64,000 bases of DNA, taken from the NCBI GenBank assembly GCA_023205875.1, contig CP060762.1, positions 434,001-498,000 on the forward strand, read 5' to 3'. The DNA is from Chloropicon primus (Eukaryota). The translations under genes were made by a program, and so were the position numbers. The notes under the pieces are model-generated. The model worked only from the letters and a program-made list of their open reading frames with translations. It was not told the origin of the DNA and did no database searches. This document shows, piece after piece, positions 21,380-31,998 of the stretch; position 1 is the first letter of the stretch; every line of letters begins with the position of its first letter.

Positions 21380-22924
21380 ATGGTCCCTCCGCGCGTGAGA
21401 CCCAAAGCAGCGAGGAGGTGGCTCCTCCTGGCTGCTTTGGTGTTGGTCGCTGGCTCGAGCTGGTGGGCCACCTCGGCGGAGAGCTTGGGCGTCCAATCGG
21501 TCAGTCGCAAACAGAGCAAGGAGGGAGACGCTCTGGCGGGTTGGGTTGACCAGGGCAGCACAGGCTTTGTGGTTGCTCTGGAGGAGGAGGAGAGTGTGCA
21601 AGGCAGGGAGTTGCAGGGAACCACCCAACGGAGGAGAAGGGGATCGTCACGGACGTCCCGGATTCGGTCAAGCGGCGGGGGTTCGGGAAGAAGGAATCGA
21701 GGAGGCTCTCGATCCTCTTCTCGTAACATGTACAAGGACGGCACGAGGAGGAACAGACCTTTCTCCAAGGGATACCTTCGAGCTCATCCTGAAATGAGGC
21801 AAAAGAAGAAGAGGACGAGGCCAGAGAGGCTTCCGTCTTGGACCCGCGGATCACCGATTCAGAAGGTGGAGCTGCCTCCCAGCGAGGAGCCCCTGCCGGG
21901 ACCCATCTGCAGGAACGAGAACACGACGAGCTGCAAGGCTCACAGCAACCCATACTTGAACGGCAACTTGCAGAAGCTGAGCAGGAAGGACTTGTACGCC
22001 ATGTCGTACGAGAGCAAGGTGGGCAACGTGTACAACAAGCCCAAGGACGGCCCGGTGGTGAAGTGCACGGACGTCCAGGACTGCAAGCACCTGGGCAAGC
22101 TTTGTGTCGATGGCGAGTGCGTGTGCCCGTTGATGTACAGGGGGTCTTACGACTGCTCGGTGGAGACGAAGCAGGAGTTCTCGTGGTGTGCCGGGGCGAT
22201 GACGAGCTCCAAGATCCTGAAGCTTATCACGGACTGCCCCCTGTGCCGTCGGGAGTACCTCTTTGAGCACCTGTGGGTCCGGCACAGCATCACGGGCAGG
22301 AACGCGGAGAGGTCGCACGAGGATATTGTGGACATGGCAGACTTCTCGACCTGCGCTGTGGTTGGCAGCGGGAACACTCCGAGCAAGGGCCAGGAGATCG
22401 ACAACCATACTGCGGTGATCCGGTGCAACGACGCGCCCACGAGGAGGTACGAGTCCAAGGTCGGGAAGAAGACCACCATCCGGGTGCAGAACAGGGACTA
22501 CGCAGGGTGGCTGGAGAAAGGGGCGGAGATCTGCTTGCCTTACACCCTTGGGAACATCACCACGAACAACAAGTTCACCTGGAACCGGTTCAAGCGCTGC
22601 CAGGGAGTCTTCCCCTCCAAGCTCGCGGTGACTTACTTCAAGTACTACTGGGACATGCACAGGCCCAGCACCGGTACCGACAACGTGCTGAGGAAGGGAG
22701 TCCAAACGAGCGCGGGGTTCTCTGCGATACTCTTTGCGATGCACGTCTGCGGCAAGGTGAACCTGTACGGGTTCAGCCAGGGGGTTGGTCACTACTACAG
22801 GAAGCCCCACGTCAACGACTCGAACCGCAAGAGGTGGGGGGGGAGGCACCACTGGAACTACGAGAAGAGGTGCATGAACATCATGAGGCAAGGGAAAATC
22901 GGTGGTCTCAAGGTGAACACCTAG
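21380..22924 (+). CDS. GT29 sialyltransferase-like protein with EGF-like Cys module
   Basis: Motif L CAVVGSG..EIDNHTAVIRCNDAP..VGKKT, S SAGFSAILFAMHVC..LYGF, III HYY, VS HHWNYE; N-terminal hydrophobic anchor. Confidence 0.88.
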   Translation: MVPPRVRPKAARRWLLLAALVLVAGSSWWATSAESLGVQSVSRKQSKEGDALAGWVDQGSTGFVVALEEEESVQGRELQGTTQRRRRGSSRTSRIRSSGGGSGRRNRGGSRSSSRNMYKDGTRRNRPFSKGYLRAHPEMRQKKKRTRPERLPSWTRGSPIQKVELPPSEEPLPGPICRNENTTSCKAHSNPYLNGNLQKLSRKDLYAMSYESKVGNVYNKPKDGPVVKCTDVQDCKHLGKLCVDGECVCPLMYRGSYDCSVETKQEFSWCAGAMTSSKILKLITDCPLCRREYLFEHLWVRHSITGRNAERSHEDIVDMADFSTCAVVGSGNTPSKGQEIDNHTAVIRCNDAPTRRYESKVGKKTTIRVQNRDYAGWLEKGAEICLPYTLGNITTNNKFTWNRFKRCQGVFPSKLAVTYFKYYWDMHRPSTGTDNVLRKGVQTSAGFSAILFAMHVCGKVNLYGFSQGVGHYYRKPHVNDSNRKRWGGRHHWNYEKRCMNIMRQGKIGGLKVNT

Positions 22925-23116
22925 CGCGCTTCTTGGCAACACTTCAGACCGAGGAGTCCGCCGCCTCCTACTTGACACATTGTAAGAAGAAGATTAACGG
23001 TCAACGCTTCGCCTGCCTGTGGAAAGCAGAGGGGCAAGAAGGCCCTCCCTCTTCGACTCGAAGTTTTTTTTTATATTTATATTACAAACATAAGGCCTCC
23101 ACGGGGCAAAGAGAGC

Positions 23117-23803
23117 TCAGACAGAGATTTTGGTCACCTTGATGGTGGTCTGGTGCTGCCTGTGGCCGACCTTGGACCTGGTGTGCTTCTTCGGCTGCAT
23201 CTTGAAGACCACGACCTTCTTCGCCTTCTTGTGCTGCACGACCTCGGCCTCCACGGTCGCGTTCTCTACGTAGGGCTTGCCGAGCCTGAGGTCGTTGTCC
23301 CCTTGGTTCTTCACCAAGAGAACCCTGTTGAGCTTGATCGTGCTCCCTGGCTCCGCGTCGAGGCGGTTCGTGTCGTAAACTCCTCCAACCTCCACGATGA
23401 CCTGGCTCCCGCCGAGCTCCACCACTGCGTAGTCCTGCTTCTCGTACGCAACGCTTCCCTCCTCCAGAGGCGGCACCTCCACCTGCGCCGCGCTGTACGA
23501 GCGCACGCACCTCTCCGGCACCCTCGCGCTCACTGCAACGAGCCACGAAAAGCAGGCGTCAGCACGCGAACCTCGCCACGGCATGCGCACGAGTGACGAA
23601 GTGAATGACGACGACGACGACGACGAGGAAAGCATGGAAGAGAGAGAGAGAGTTGCATGACTTTTTGAGTTTGTTTCCTTACCTCTGGCGAGTTTGGTTC
23701 CTCGTTGGAAAGCTTTTGTTGGAGGGGATCTCCTGAACGTGGCGGCGAGCCCTTGCGCCTGTCTCGCGATTGTCTTGGTTCCCGTCATCGTACTGGCCGC
23801 CAT
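23117..23803 (-). CDS. RPL21: Plastid ribosomal protein bL21; exons 23803-23683, 23532-23117
   Basis: YAVVELGGSQ..VVVFKMQPKKHTRSKVGHRQ; transit peptide MAASTMT; 150-nt GT-AG intron. Confidence 0.88.
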   Translation of the reverse strand: MAASTMTGTKTIARQAQGLAATFRRSPPTKAFQRGTKLARGKETNSKSHATLSLSSMLSSSSSSSSFTSSLVRMPWRGSRADACFSWLVAVSARVPERCVRSYSAAQVEVPPLEEGSVAYEKQDYAVVELGGSQVIVEVGGVYDTNRLDAEPGSTIKLNRVLLVKNQGDNDLRLGKPYVENATVEAEVVQHKKAKKVVVFKMQPKKHTRSKVGHRQHQTTIKVTKISV

Positions 23804-24302
23804 CACTCCTCTCTCGTCTCTCGTGTCCACTTTTTTCCCAGAGCAAAGCGGATAAGGTTTCTCTTCGTTTCTGGTGAGAAACCATTTATTGAGAGAAGTT
23901 AGTCCCCTTTTCCAGAGGATCAAAGATGGAGGACGATGATGCGGTGCAAGTTGTCTCTCTTGTTGTTGTTCTTCTTGTTCTTCTTGTTCTTGTTTGTTTG
24001 TTTGATCTGTGCTCTTCTCCCATGTTTGTTCTGTTCTCGTTTCTGCCTTTTGTAGCACGAAGTTTTGCCGTCGAGGATGGTGGACGAAACAATTGGGTCC
24101 AAGAGGATCAGGATCAGGGAAGGACGACGACGACGAGATGCGCCTGGGCTGCTTCTCAGGTCTTGTGTGATGGGCATGTTTCGAAACAAAGGTGGACTTT
24201 AAATCATGGTGGATTTTGTAATTAGTACCCTTCTTCCCCCCTTCCCCCTTCGCCGCACCCATCCTCCTCCTCATATCATCATCCCTTACTCCCTTACTCC
24301 AC

Positions 24303-27128
24303 CTACTCCTCCTCCGAGTCGGTGACGATGGCGATGCTCTGGACGCGATCCGTGCCGTTGTCGTCAAGGGACACGAGCTTGGCGCCCTGCGCGGTCCTCG
24401 CGTAGCTCGGGACCTTGTGCAGGGGTATCCTGTTGATGTTTCCGCTCAGGGTGGCCACCAGGACGTCCCCCTGCTGGCACGTCTCCTCGTCCACCACCCT
24501 GACGGTCGTCACGTCGTCCTGGGGCCTGAGCTTGATCCCCTTCACGCCCTGGCCGTTCCTCTTCTGGTCCTTGTAGCTCGTGAGGGGAACCCTCTTGGCG
24601 TAGCCCAGGGAGGTGACCACGAGGAGCGTGCTCTTCTTCGCCTCCCTGGGGATGATGTCCATGCCGGCGATAACGTCGCCGTCCGCCAGCTTCATGGAGT
24701 GGACCCCCCTGGACCCCCTCCCCGAAGGCCTCAGGGTGTCAAGGGGGAACCTCATCATCTGCCCAGACTTTGAGGCCACGATGCAAGACTCGTTGTTGTC
24801 CGTCGACATCCTGACCCAGCCCAAGCTGTCCCCCTCCTGCAAGGTCAGAGCGACCAAGCCGTTCACCCGGACGTTCTGGTACATGGAGAGCTCCGTCCTC
24901 TTGATGTACCCGTTCCTCGATAGGGTCACGAGGTAGTTGCTCTTGTTCTCGAACTCCTCCTTGGACACGGCAAATACGTTCGTGACCGCCGAATCGTCCC
25001 ACCTCTTCAGGATTCTCGGGAGGGCCATGCCCATCGAGGACCTGGAGCCCTCCGGGACCTCGTGGGCCGCGAGGGTGTAGACCCTACCGTTCGAGGAGAA
25101 GCACAGGAGCTTGTCGTGAAGGTGGGCGTGGAAGACGTGGGCGATGAGGTCGTCCTGCCTGAGCTTGCCCGCGAGCTTCCCCTTCGTGGCCCTCCCTTGG
25201 ACTTGGAAGGCCTGCTGCTTCATTCTCTTGACGTATCCCCTTTCGCTGACCACGATGATGCACGGGTCGTTCGGCACCAGGTCCTCGAGCTGCATGTCGC
25301 TCGACACTTCCTCGTCCAGGATGGCGCTCCTCCTGTCATCCCCGTGGGTCTTCGCGACCTCCAGGGCCTCCTCCTTGATCACGCCAAGGACCATCTCCCT
25401 GCTCGCCAAGAGGTCAGACAATTTGGACATCTTCGCGGCAAGCTCGTCCCTCTCCTTCTTCACCTTGGACACCTCCATCCCCGTGAGCCGCCTCAGCGGA
25501 AGGCCGAGGATCGACTTGGCCTGCTCGGGGCTCAGCCCGAACCTGGCCATCAGGGCCTCCTCCGCGCCAGCAGAGTCTGCAGAGTTCTTGATCAGCGATA
25601 TGGCTTCGTTCACGCTCGTTTTCTTCTGGTCCTCCTTGTCAGCGAAGACGCGCAGGTAGCCATCGACGATGTGGTGCCTCCTGGACGCGTTGGCGAGGTC
25701 GTGCTTCGCCCTGTTCTCCACCGTCTCGATCCGGAACGACAGGAACTCCTCGAAGACTTGGCGCAGGCTCAAGTTCAAGGGCTGGCGGTCCACGAGAGCC
25801 ACCATGTTGCAGTTGAACCTCTGCTGCAGGCGGGTGTTGACGTACAGGTTGTTGAGCACGAGATCCGGATCGTGGTTTCTCTGCACATCGATCACAACTC
25901 TCATGCCGTCCCGGTCGCTCTCATCCCTGATGTCGGTGATGCCCTGAATCTTCCCGTTGTCCACCATTTCCGCGATCTGCTCAATCATGCTCGACTTGCT
26001 CACTTGGTAAGGGATCTCGGTCACAATGATGGAAGCCCTCCCCCTGCTCCCCTCCTCGATGTGGGTCTTGGACCTGATCACCACGCTTCCCTTTCCCTTC
26101 TCGTACACCTGCCTCAAGCTCGAGTCCCCTGACACGAGCAGCCCGCCCGTAGGAAAGTCCGGCCCCGGGACGTGGCCCATGAGCTCCTTGGTGGTGATCG
26201 ACGGGTTGTCGATGTACGCAACCAAGCCGGACACAACCTCCCTCAGATTGTGCGGAGGGATGTTGGTCGCAACCCCAACCGCGATCCCGTGGGCCCCGTT
26301 CACCAGCAAGTTCGGCACTCTCGCCGGCAGGACCGTGGGCTCCTTCGTGGAAACGTCAAAATTGGGTATGAACTCCACGGTGCTCTTGTCCAAGTCCTGC
26401 AGGAGCGTCTGCACAGAAAATTCGCTGAGCCTGCTCTCCGTGTACCTCATCGCGGCGGCCGGATCGTCGTCCTGGCTCCCAAAATTTCCGTGCCCCTGGA
26501 CAAGCATGTACCTCAAGGAGAACGTCTGGGCCATCCGGACCAGGGAGTCGTACACGGCCTGGTCGCCGTGCGGGTGGAACTTGCCCAGCACCTCGCCCAC
26601 CACACGGGCGCTCTTCCTGTAAGGCTTGCTTGGGCTCAGACCCAGCTCGCTCATGGCGTAAAGGATCCTCCTGTGCACCGGTTTCAGCCCATCCCTCGCG
26701 TCCGGAAGCGCCCTGCCCACAATAACGCTCAGAGCGTACGCCAAGTAAGACTTGCTGGCTTCCACGTGCAGCTCGCTGTCGATCACGTGGGCTGCTATGG
26801 GTGGTGCAGACTCCCCTGCTTCCCCCTCGCCAGCGATCGCCGAGGCCCCCTTCTTCCTCGAGCCCCTGGTGCCCCTCTTGCCCGCCCTGGTCGACAAGAA
26901 ACCGAGGCTCCCCAACCCCCTCGGTCCTTGTGGCCACGCCTCGCGGCTCCCTGGGAGACCTCGCTTCGTCCCCTCGGCCGCCAGGGCCTTTTCCACCGCT
27001 CTCCTCCTTGGTGCCGCCGCAACAGTCGACGATTCCACCGCAGAAGCCGAGAACGAACGACAAATCCAATACGATATCGACCTCCTGCTGGCGACTTGAG
27101 ACCATTGAGCACTCGCCTTGGGCCCCAT
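24303..27128 (-). CDS. GYRA: Organellar DNA gyrase subunit A
   Basis: [21 protein letters not shown], catalytic AAAMRYTE, GyrA-box-like QGRATKG, C-terminal pinwheel repeats; N-terminal presequence. Confidence 0.95.
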   Translation of the reverse strand: MGPKASAQWSQVASRRSISYWICRSFSASAVESSTVAAAPRRRAVEKALAAEGTKRGLPGSREAWPQGPRGLGSLGFLSTRAGKRGTRGSRKKGASAIAGEGEAGESAPPIAAHVIDSELHVEASKSYLAYALSVIVGRALPDARDGLKPVHRRILYAMSELGLSPSKPYRKSARVVGEVLGKFHPHGDQAVYDSLVRMAQTFSLRYMLVQGHGNFGSQDDDPAAAMRYTESRLSEFSVQTLLQDLDKSTVEFIPNFDVSTKEPTVLPARVPNLLVNGAHGIAVGVATNIPPHNLREVVSGLVAYIDNPSITTKELMGHVPGPDFPTGGLLVSGDSSLRQVYEKGKGSVVIRSKTHIEEGSRGRASIIVTEIPYQVSKSSMIEQIAEMVDNGKIQGITDIRDESDRDGMRVVIDVQRNHDPDLVLNNLYVNTRLQQRFNCNMVALVDRQPLNLSLRQVFEEFLSFRIETVENRAKHDLANASRRHHIVDGYLRVFADKEDQKKTSVNEAISLIKNSADSAGAEEALMARFGLSPEQAKSILGLPLRRLTGMEVSKVKKERDELAAKMSKLSDLLASREMVLGVIKEEALEVAKTHGDDRRSAILDEEVSSDMQLEDLVPNDPCIIVVSERGYVKRMKQQAFQVQGRATKGKLAGKLRQDDLIAHVFHAHLHDKLLCFSSNGRVYTLAAHEVPEGSRSSMGMALPRILKRWDDSAVTNVFAVSKEEFENKSNYLVTLSRNGYIKRTELSMYQNVRVNGLVALTLQEGDSLGWVRMSTDNNESCIVASKSGQMMRFPLDTLRPSGRGSRGVHSMKLADGDVIAGMDIIPREAKKSTLLVVTSLGYAKRVPLTSYKDQKRNGQGVKGIKLRPQDDVTTVRVVDEETCQQGDVLVATLSGNINRIPLHKVPSYARTAQGAKLVSLDDNGTDRVQSIAIVTDSEEE

Positions 27129-27138
27129 CCCGACGCCA

Positions 27139-27463
27139 ATTCTGTCGACCGACGGCTCTAACGAAAGATCACGCGACGATGAGGACGATCACCCCCTCGG
27201 TGGCCTCCCTCCTCCCTCTCGCTCCCCTCCGCGCCCTCCGCGAACTCACCTGGCATCCCAATCCCAGCACCAAACAACAAACAAACCCAGAAAGCAAATC
27301 GATCGTTTCAGCGTCTTTCATCCTCATCCGTGCGTCGTTCCTTTCGAGAGAGAGGTCGTTGGAAAGCCCGAGACGTAAGGGTTTCGCTCCTAGACCTCCC
27401 CCCTCGTCCCGTCCTCCCCCTCGTGCTCCACGTCGTCCTGAAACTCACCTTTGTGCGCCTCTT
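27139..27463 (-). repeat. Dispersed intron-like repeat, copy C
   Basis: Matches copies A and B; fills most of the GYRA/PXN divergent intergenic region. Confidence 0.9.
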
Positions 27464-27511
27464 GAGCCCTGGTGGTGGTGGCGAGGGTAACTGGTGGGAA
27501 CAAAAAGAAGG

Positions 27512-28850
27512 ATGGCGGTGGCGAGGGAGGACGAGGACGTTGCGGTGAATGAGGCCGCAGTGGAGGGGATAGCTGGAGCGGGAGGTGCGATCATCGCCCT
27601 CCTCGCGACTTACCCTCTGCTCACCATCAACACCAGGCAGCAGACTGGCGCTTCCAACAACAAGAAGAAGACTCAAGACGAAGGGAATGGGAATGACCTA
27701 GAGGTACGTTATATCGAACTTTTTGTGTTTTTGTTTTTGTGGGAAGGGGAGGGAGGACAGGGTGAGGGTGGGAAGCATCTTCTCTTCGTTCCCTTCGCCT
27801 TCGCGTCTTCCTCCTCTTTCGATCGAGGCCTGGCTCGAAGCGAGTAGAGGAAGGGAGGAGCAAAGCCCTGAGGATGCCAACAAGCAAGCAAGCAAGGAAT
27901 GAGGAGAGAGAGAGGGATGAGGAGACGCTGATGAAGTTTTTGCTTTGCTTTGCTCTTTTCTTTTGTTTTGTTTTTGCTCTTTTTTTTTGCAGAAGGGGAA
28001 GGGAGGAAAGGGTGGTGATGCCGTGGAGGGTGGCCAGAGGAAGTCCACCTTCGACGAGGCCAGGGAGATACTGAGAACGAGAGGGGTGCCTGGACTGTAT
28101 GCTGGACTCAAGCCAGCTTTCATGGGAACGATATGCTCGAACCTGGTGTACTTTTACCTCTGCGGGTACCTCCGTGAGGCATGGACTGCGAGGAGGGCCA
28201 AGGGGAGGAGCGAACCCAAGCAGCTGAACGCGCTCGAGTCGCTGGCGATCGCCTCGTTGGCGGGGTGCGGTAACGTGCTCATGACGAACCCCATCTGGAT
28301 TCTCGTGACTCGCATGCAGGCGAACAGGAAGACGGGGGTGGAGGGGGTGGAGGGGACCAACGCCACCCTCGCCGAGACCGCGAAGAAGCTCTACGAGGAG
28401 TCGGGCGTCCTTGGATTCTGGAAGGGGGTTGCCGCGTCCCTCATCATGGTGAGCAACCCATCGATACAGTACATGTTCTTCGAGAGCTTGAGCAACATGA
28501 GGCTTGATGCGAGCGGCCGCGGGCCGAAGCCCATGACAGCGTTCGAGGTTTTCTGCAACAGCGCCCTCGCTAAGCTTGGCGCCACGGTCATCACGTACCC
28601 CATGCTCGTTGTCAAGTCCAACATGCAGAACTTTTCCAAGCAGAGCAGCGGCTCGCAGAAGGAGGGAGGGTACAGCATCGCGGGCACGGTGAAAACTATT
28701 TTGGACAAGGAAGGCCCAGGGGGGTTCTACAAGGGCATGAAGACGAAAATATTCCAGAGCGTCTTCGCGGCCTCGCTCCTTTACATGAGCAAGGAGGAGA
28801 TCAAGAAGGGCGCAAGGGCCTTGGTGCGCTCTGTATCAAGAAAGAGATAA
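27512..28850 (+). CDS. Mitochondrial carrier family, peroxisomal NAD/CoA carrier (PXN/PMP34-like); exons 27512-27703, 27993-28850
   Basis: GAGGAIIALLATYPLLTINTRQQ, TNPIWILVTRMQ, NPSIQY, TYPMLVVKSNMQ. Confidence 0.85.
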
Positions 28851-29045
28851 GAAGAAGAAGAAGAAGAAGAGAAGGGAGGGGAGCGAAACGACTGAAAGAG
28901 AATATATGCAAGAAATGGGAATGATGGGAGCTCTGCGCGTTCTTTTTTTTGCTAACTACTACTACTATTTGAAAGCGTTCACATCACAAAAACGCTTCGA
29001 TACACATATGTAAGGTTTCCCTAAATGATACACCCGCCCTCAGCC

Positions 29046-29564
29046 TCAGCCTTGCTTCCGGAACTGAAACCACCTCCTCGCACCTCGCTCCAGTCGAAGC
29101 GTATACTCCTCGCTCGACATCGTCTCGACCTTCCCTTTCACCTGAGAGTGCCACCTGCACTTCACGGCGTTTGAAGTGCGACCGAGGCAAGCCGCAGCGT
29201 CCTCGTACGAGATGCTAAGCGCGCGGCCTTGGTCAGACTGCTGGAAGAGCACCAGCTCGTCCTCCTCTTCAGTCCATTGCCCGAAGAACACCGCCTCCGG
29301 GGGCGGTGCCACCACCGCCTCCTTCTTCTTCTGCGCAGCCTGCGCCTTCTCCGCGCTCGAAACCTCCGCCACCGGCTTCACCACCGGCCCCGTTGCCTTC
29401 TTCTTCGCTCCTCCCTGCTCCGCCTTGGCCCCTCCGCTCTGCTTCCGCAGTGGAACGATGAGCTCCTGGTACACCTCTCGAGGACAAAAGTTCGCGTCCC
29501 GCCACAACGGATGATCCGGAGGATGTTGCGGGAACGTGACGCTGTGATTGAAGTGATTCGACAT
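29046..29564 (-). CDS. Small Myb/SANT-like domain protein
   Basis: WTEEEDELV..YEDAAACLGRTSNAVKCRWH. Confidence 0.65.
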   Translation of the reverse strand: MSNHFNHSVTFPQHPPDHPLWRDANFCPREVYQELIVPLRKQSGGAKAEQGGAKKKATGPVVKPVAEVSSAEKAQAAQKKKEAVVAPPPEAVFFGQWTEEEDELVLFQQSDQGRALSISYEDAAACLGRTSNAVKCRWHSQVKGKVETMSSEEYTLRLERGARRWFQFRKQG

Positions 29565-30070
29565 CCCTTCTCACCCTCTCTCCCTCTCCCTCTGATCGGC
29601 GATGGCGATCCACTGCCTCTCCGTCGTCGTCGTAACCCCCTCAAACGGACGCCAAATGCTTCGAGCGACGGCTCTACGGAAAGCTCTGAACACGTAGTAT
29701 CGTTCTACGCCTCCCCCTTCCCCTCCACCCCGCTTCCGTCGCACCGTTTCGTCCTCAAGCGTCACCCAAACTCTCTCCCCCTCCGCCCAGGTGTTGATGC
29801 TGCTTGCTGGTGACCAGTGGAGGCGCAAAGGGTGCGGACAACGTCGCGGAGAGGGACCCGTGAACAAGGAAGAGGATGGTGGCATGTGCTGGGTGGCAGT
29901 GGATCGATCGTGGGGAGAATCTCCAGGAAAGTCTCCGGGAAGCGGTTGGATGTTGTTGCTTTGTAGGAAAAGAAACATGTATTAGTAGTACAAGGTACAA
30001 GGAGGTCGTCTTGGCGTTCACCTTTGTCGGGAACAAGCCCACAGACCGAGGCATGGCGATGTCAGCTCAG

Positions 30071-30828
30071 TCATATCGACTTGAGCGTCACCGTGAACTG
30101 CTGGGAGTAGTTCTTTTGAGGCAAGGGTCGCAAAATGTAGCCTCCGCAGTTTCTTGCCGAAGACGTCGCCTGGCTCCTCTTTCTCTTGCTGGTGTTCATC
30201 GCAGAGACCGCGTTCTCGATCTTGTCCATGAGGTTCTTCTTCCTCGGTAGCTTTCTCAGCTTGAAGTGCTTCCCTATCGTTGAGTTCTCCTTCGCTCCCT
30301 TGGACGACGAGGGCCTTGGAGGACAACCAACTCGTCGAGTCAGACCAAATGATCCGTAGAGCGGGAAAGAGGTAAACATGTCGATGGCGATGACGATGAC
30401 GATGACGATGACTCACCTTTCTTTCTTCCTCCTTCGGTTTCCTGAACTTCTCGTCTGCTTTACAGCTTGCCACTGGATGTGTCCCTCGATCGGTTTGTCG
30501 TCCACGAGGGAAAAGTTCCACCTCTTCTCGAAGTCCCCCCTAGCTTTCTCGGCCTTCCTCTCCACCTTGTCCAAGAACACCTTCACGTCATCCCCCTCCG
30601 GCCTGAAGCAAAGCAAACGTCACCATTACCATTACCTCTCCTGTCAGTCAAAACTCTCATGCATGCAGGCAGGGAAAGGAGACATCGGTCGAGAGCGTTT
30701 CATTCCTTGGTGGAAGCAAAGTTTTCGTTTCGTTCCGTTCCGTTCCCTTACCTGTCGAACAAGGCCCGCGTCGCCTTGCTTCCGCTTGCGCCTTGGCTTT
30801 CGGTCACGGCCTGACCCCTCTGGACCAT
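30071..30828 (-). CDS. Cyclin-dependent kinase inhibitor (CDI domain); exons 30828-30752, 30602-30417, 30314-30071
   Basis: FEKRWNFSLVDDKPIEGHIQW matches the CDI core; canonical GTAAG/GTGAG..AG junctions keep the frame. Confidence 0.72.
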
Positions 30829-31388
30829 CCTAATGGACCTTCGAGCCAAAGGTTGCCTTCCACTCTCAAACACCAAGAGGATGTGGATGAAGGATGAGGA
30901 TGGAAGTTCTCTCTCGTCAAGTTGGTTTCGACAAAAGTCTTTTCAGTTGCGTACTTGGTGGTGCCGCTCAACGAATGCCCCTGACGCAAGCTCCTTCCTT
31001 CTCTCCGACACAAAGGTATGCCACGGAGGAGAAGTAAAGAAGACCAAAAGACAAGAAAAAGAAAAGGAAAAAAGTTTCAACTGTCTCTTTCGCTGCAGAC
31101 CTCTCGGTCCGCCTCGTCAAGGAGGAGCTCCGCCGCTTCTGCCGTCACTGTCGTCACCGTCGCCGTGGTGGTTGGCTGTTATGAAAGAAAAAAAGAAGAA
31201 GAAGAGGCGAGCTCGGCTTGAGAGACGACCACCGACGGAGCACGTTGTCGTTGTCGTTGTCGTTGTTGGTCGTCGTGATGGTGTTGCAGAGTTTTGTTCC
31301 CCCCCCGTGGAAGACGAAAGAGCAAGATGGTTTGTTCCCGTGTAATACGACGCTCTATGACGTTAGAGGTCATGTGAGACGGGGAGTA

Positions 31389-31431
31389 GATTTCGCACAT
31401 GGGACCACGCTGATTTCGCACATGGGACCAC
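31389..31431. repeat. Perfect 20-bp direct repeat GATTTCGCACATGGGACCAC x2
   Basis: Copies at 31389-31408 and 31412-31431. Confidence 0.85.
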
Positions 31432-31998
31432 TTCTCTTAACGAATACATGACCAACGGAAAAAACTTCGAAAGGGAATAAGATAAGCGGAGATGAGAAAA
31501 CGCCTTTTGACATGACAAGGGAAAAGGAAAGGTCTCCACAGAGGGACAAGAAAAACATGAAAGCATCTCTTGTCCCTTTTCTTTTCCGACCAAGAAAGAA
31601 AACCTTCTTCTTCTTTCTTCTTCTTCTTCTTCTCCTTCTCCTTCTTTCCTCGCTCGCTGTTTGTTGGCACAAACCACTTCAATTCTAAGAGTACAGAGTT
31701 TGGCCTCCCTTGGGGATTCTTCCGACGAACTCGGTGTCACTGCATCGCTCTCGCTGCTTCTCGTGAGTCTGGAATCACCAGGCAACCCCTGTCAAGTTTA
31801 AGCTTTGAAGCAGTTCCATTGTCCCCTAATCACAAGAGGCGAGGCTCTCAGGTCCACCGCCGCTTCGCTTTCTTGTCACCTGGTTGACCTACTCCTTTGA
31901 CGCCGGTGTGCCTTCTCTGCAGAAACAGGGGTCCGCCTTTTGGGAAGAGTCACAAAGAGTCACAAAGGGATTTCGTTCCATTCCTCAAGCAAGCAGCA

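Noticed and set aside
23804..24367. Long N-terminal extension of the bL21 ORF
   Set aside because: Low-complexity UTR/intergenic read-through overlapping the GYRA 3' end
24303..27128. gyrA as bacterial contamination or recent HGT
   Set aside because: Has a targeting presequence and host codon usage; nuclear-encoded organellar gyrase is standard in green plants
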